A stretch of DNA of 63,122 nucleotides, counting the filler, from Hyphochytrium catenoides (Eukaryota > Protista > Hyphochytriomycota), in NCBI GenBank assembly GCA_900088475.1. It is 4 parts of 4 records of this genome, joined end to end, with 100 filler letters (N's around TTAATTAATTAA, not from the genome) between each part and the next. Parts side by side here need not be neighbours in the genome. Positions count along the whole stretch, not along the records: positions 61,037 to 63,122 come from FLMG01003013.1; 3 more parts are not named here. One strand, 5' to 3'. Positions 61,553 to 63,122 of this stretch are shown here, piece by piece. Each line of letters starts with the position of its first letter. Within the stretch, counting starts at the first letter, position 1. The notes under the pieces are model-generated. The model saw only the letters and a program-made list of their open reading frames with translations, searched no databases and had not been told where the DNA came from. The position numbers and the translations under genes were made by a program.

Positions 61553-63122
61553 ATGACGATAGGCCCCAAAGCGGATGAGCAGGAGAGTTAAAGCGGCTCT
61601 TGTCTTCACTAACGGTTAGGGCTCAAGTCTATCGGGTTAGCTCTCGCTCTCTTTATTGTGTCCTTGTTTTTCCCCTCTCTATCCAGTCCCCTCTCATTTT
61701 GGCTTGCCCTCTCTCCTTCCCTACTAAGCACACCCTCGCTCTGTGCCAACTAGTGACAATAATCGTCTTGCAGATAGCCCAAAAAGCTCTCAGTCACCAA
61801 TCCTGTGTGTACCAGCCTGGGCAGCCCCCATGAGTTGCAGGCCACATAAGGTGACCTTCTAGATCTATGTTTATTGCTTCTCTGCCATGGTCTCGATAAC
61901 CCTCTGTTTATCATCTTTGCCTTGCTCCCTTTCCTTCCCACCATCATCGCCTTTCGCTTTACGCGTGAGAAGTGAACAAATGCCTTAGCGATCCTTCTCT
62001 TGCTGCGGGCAACTACCTGCTATTCAGGGACATTTAATCGGACCTGACTTTCAGGCGTACGGGACACAAAGCAGGCTGACTCAGGGACATCCTTTGGCCT
62101 TCGGTCACCGCAGAAGTCGTTAGACTCTTATGAGCCAACCAGTGCATGGTACGGTGAAGGCTCCTATTCCTTATTGCAGTCTTCGCCTCCTCTCTTCTGG
62201 GATGCGTTGGCGGATAATCTCTTAACTCCTCTTCTCTTCTTTCTCTTCTTCTCTTTTCTTGCTCTCTTGTCTCAGGTAGTAGAGGTGCCTTGCTGATAAC
62301 TGTCTTTTGCTTATGCAAACTACAGAGGTTGACGATCCTACTTATTCTTCCTGCCACGGTAAATCCTGCTGAGCAGAAGAGTAGGAAGTGAAGTCTCTGG
62401 CTTCTTGCACGAAGTAGAGAGCTCGCCGGCCTGCTGCCTTCTCATCAAGCCTTCAACGGACCAGCATATCAGTGTTCTAAGTAGGGCGTCACTGACATCT
62501 GCTAGCTTTCCTCGAAGGTCAGAAGCTTCATTTGGTCGGGGACGATCTGGCAAATGTTTCTCCCTCCTCGTACCCTCGCCTACTTTCCCTCTAGTGGTCA
62601 TGCTTGTTCTTATATTGTCTATAGAGTTTCGACTTTGTGCCCATGAGTCCCCGTTTGTCTTCTCTGACGTGACACCTGCCGCAGCTAACGCTTCTACTGT
62701 AGAGTACAATCACGTTGCTTGCGTCTTTTTATGCTCTATCCCATTTCGTTTCTCTCCATTATCACCTCCATCTCTCTCTTTTTAAGGTCGTTGCCCTTAT
62801 GCTGTCATTATCGCTTCTGCTTTCACTTCAATAATCATCTTTTCTTTCCGATGGGCATTTCCTTTCTAAGCGTTCTTGTTATCACACCGAGCAGCTGATA
62901 CAAGCTCTGCGCCTCTTTCGTCCTCTAAGTCTTACCCTCCTTTCTATTGGGAACTACAAATCTCTTACAGCCCACTCTGCTTTTCTTGCTGCACCATTCT
63001 TTCATCTTCTCTCTTTCAATCACTGTGTCTTTCTCCTTTTCACCTTGTCCATTGCCATACCAGCCCTGTTACTCCTCCTCCTCCTTATTCGATTCTAGCA
63101 GATTAGGGAGCAAAGAACTACT

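Overview
Intron-rich eukaryotic DNA, probably stramenopile/oomycete-like (inferred from gene content only), with abundant (GA)n/(CT)n microsatellites. It is not one continuous locus: three artificial 100-nt linkers (44 N + TTAATTAATTAA + 44 N) join four pieces. I reconstructed these genes by hand: a partial hot-dog thioesterase, an orphan low-complexity protein, eIF3L, a tandem-PH protein, a 20-exon P4-ATPase lipid flippase, a >23-kb HECTD4/MYCBP2-like multidomain gene cut off by a gap, a partial GH17-like membrane glucanase, a BT1/folate-biopterin MFS transporter and a partial secreted protein. Several decayed coding relics are also present. The strongest novelty candidate is the P4-ATPase: it splices in frame, through canonical phase-compatible introns, past its GFAFS motif into a complete C-terminal DysF (dysferlin/Pex24-30) domain. 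A second candidate is a recurring promoter pattern, a sense-strand (GA)n-to-(CT)n switch with palindromic ATTGG-N9/10-CCAAT elements at two of the switches. All gene models are manual and lack RNA or database confirmation.
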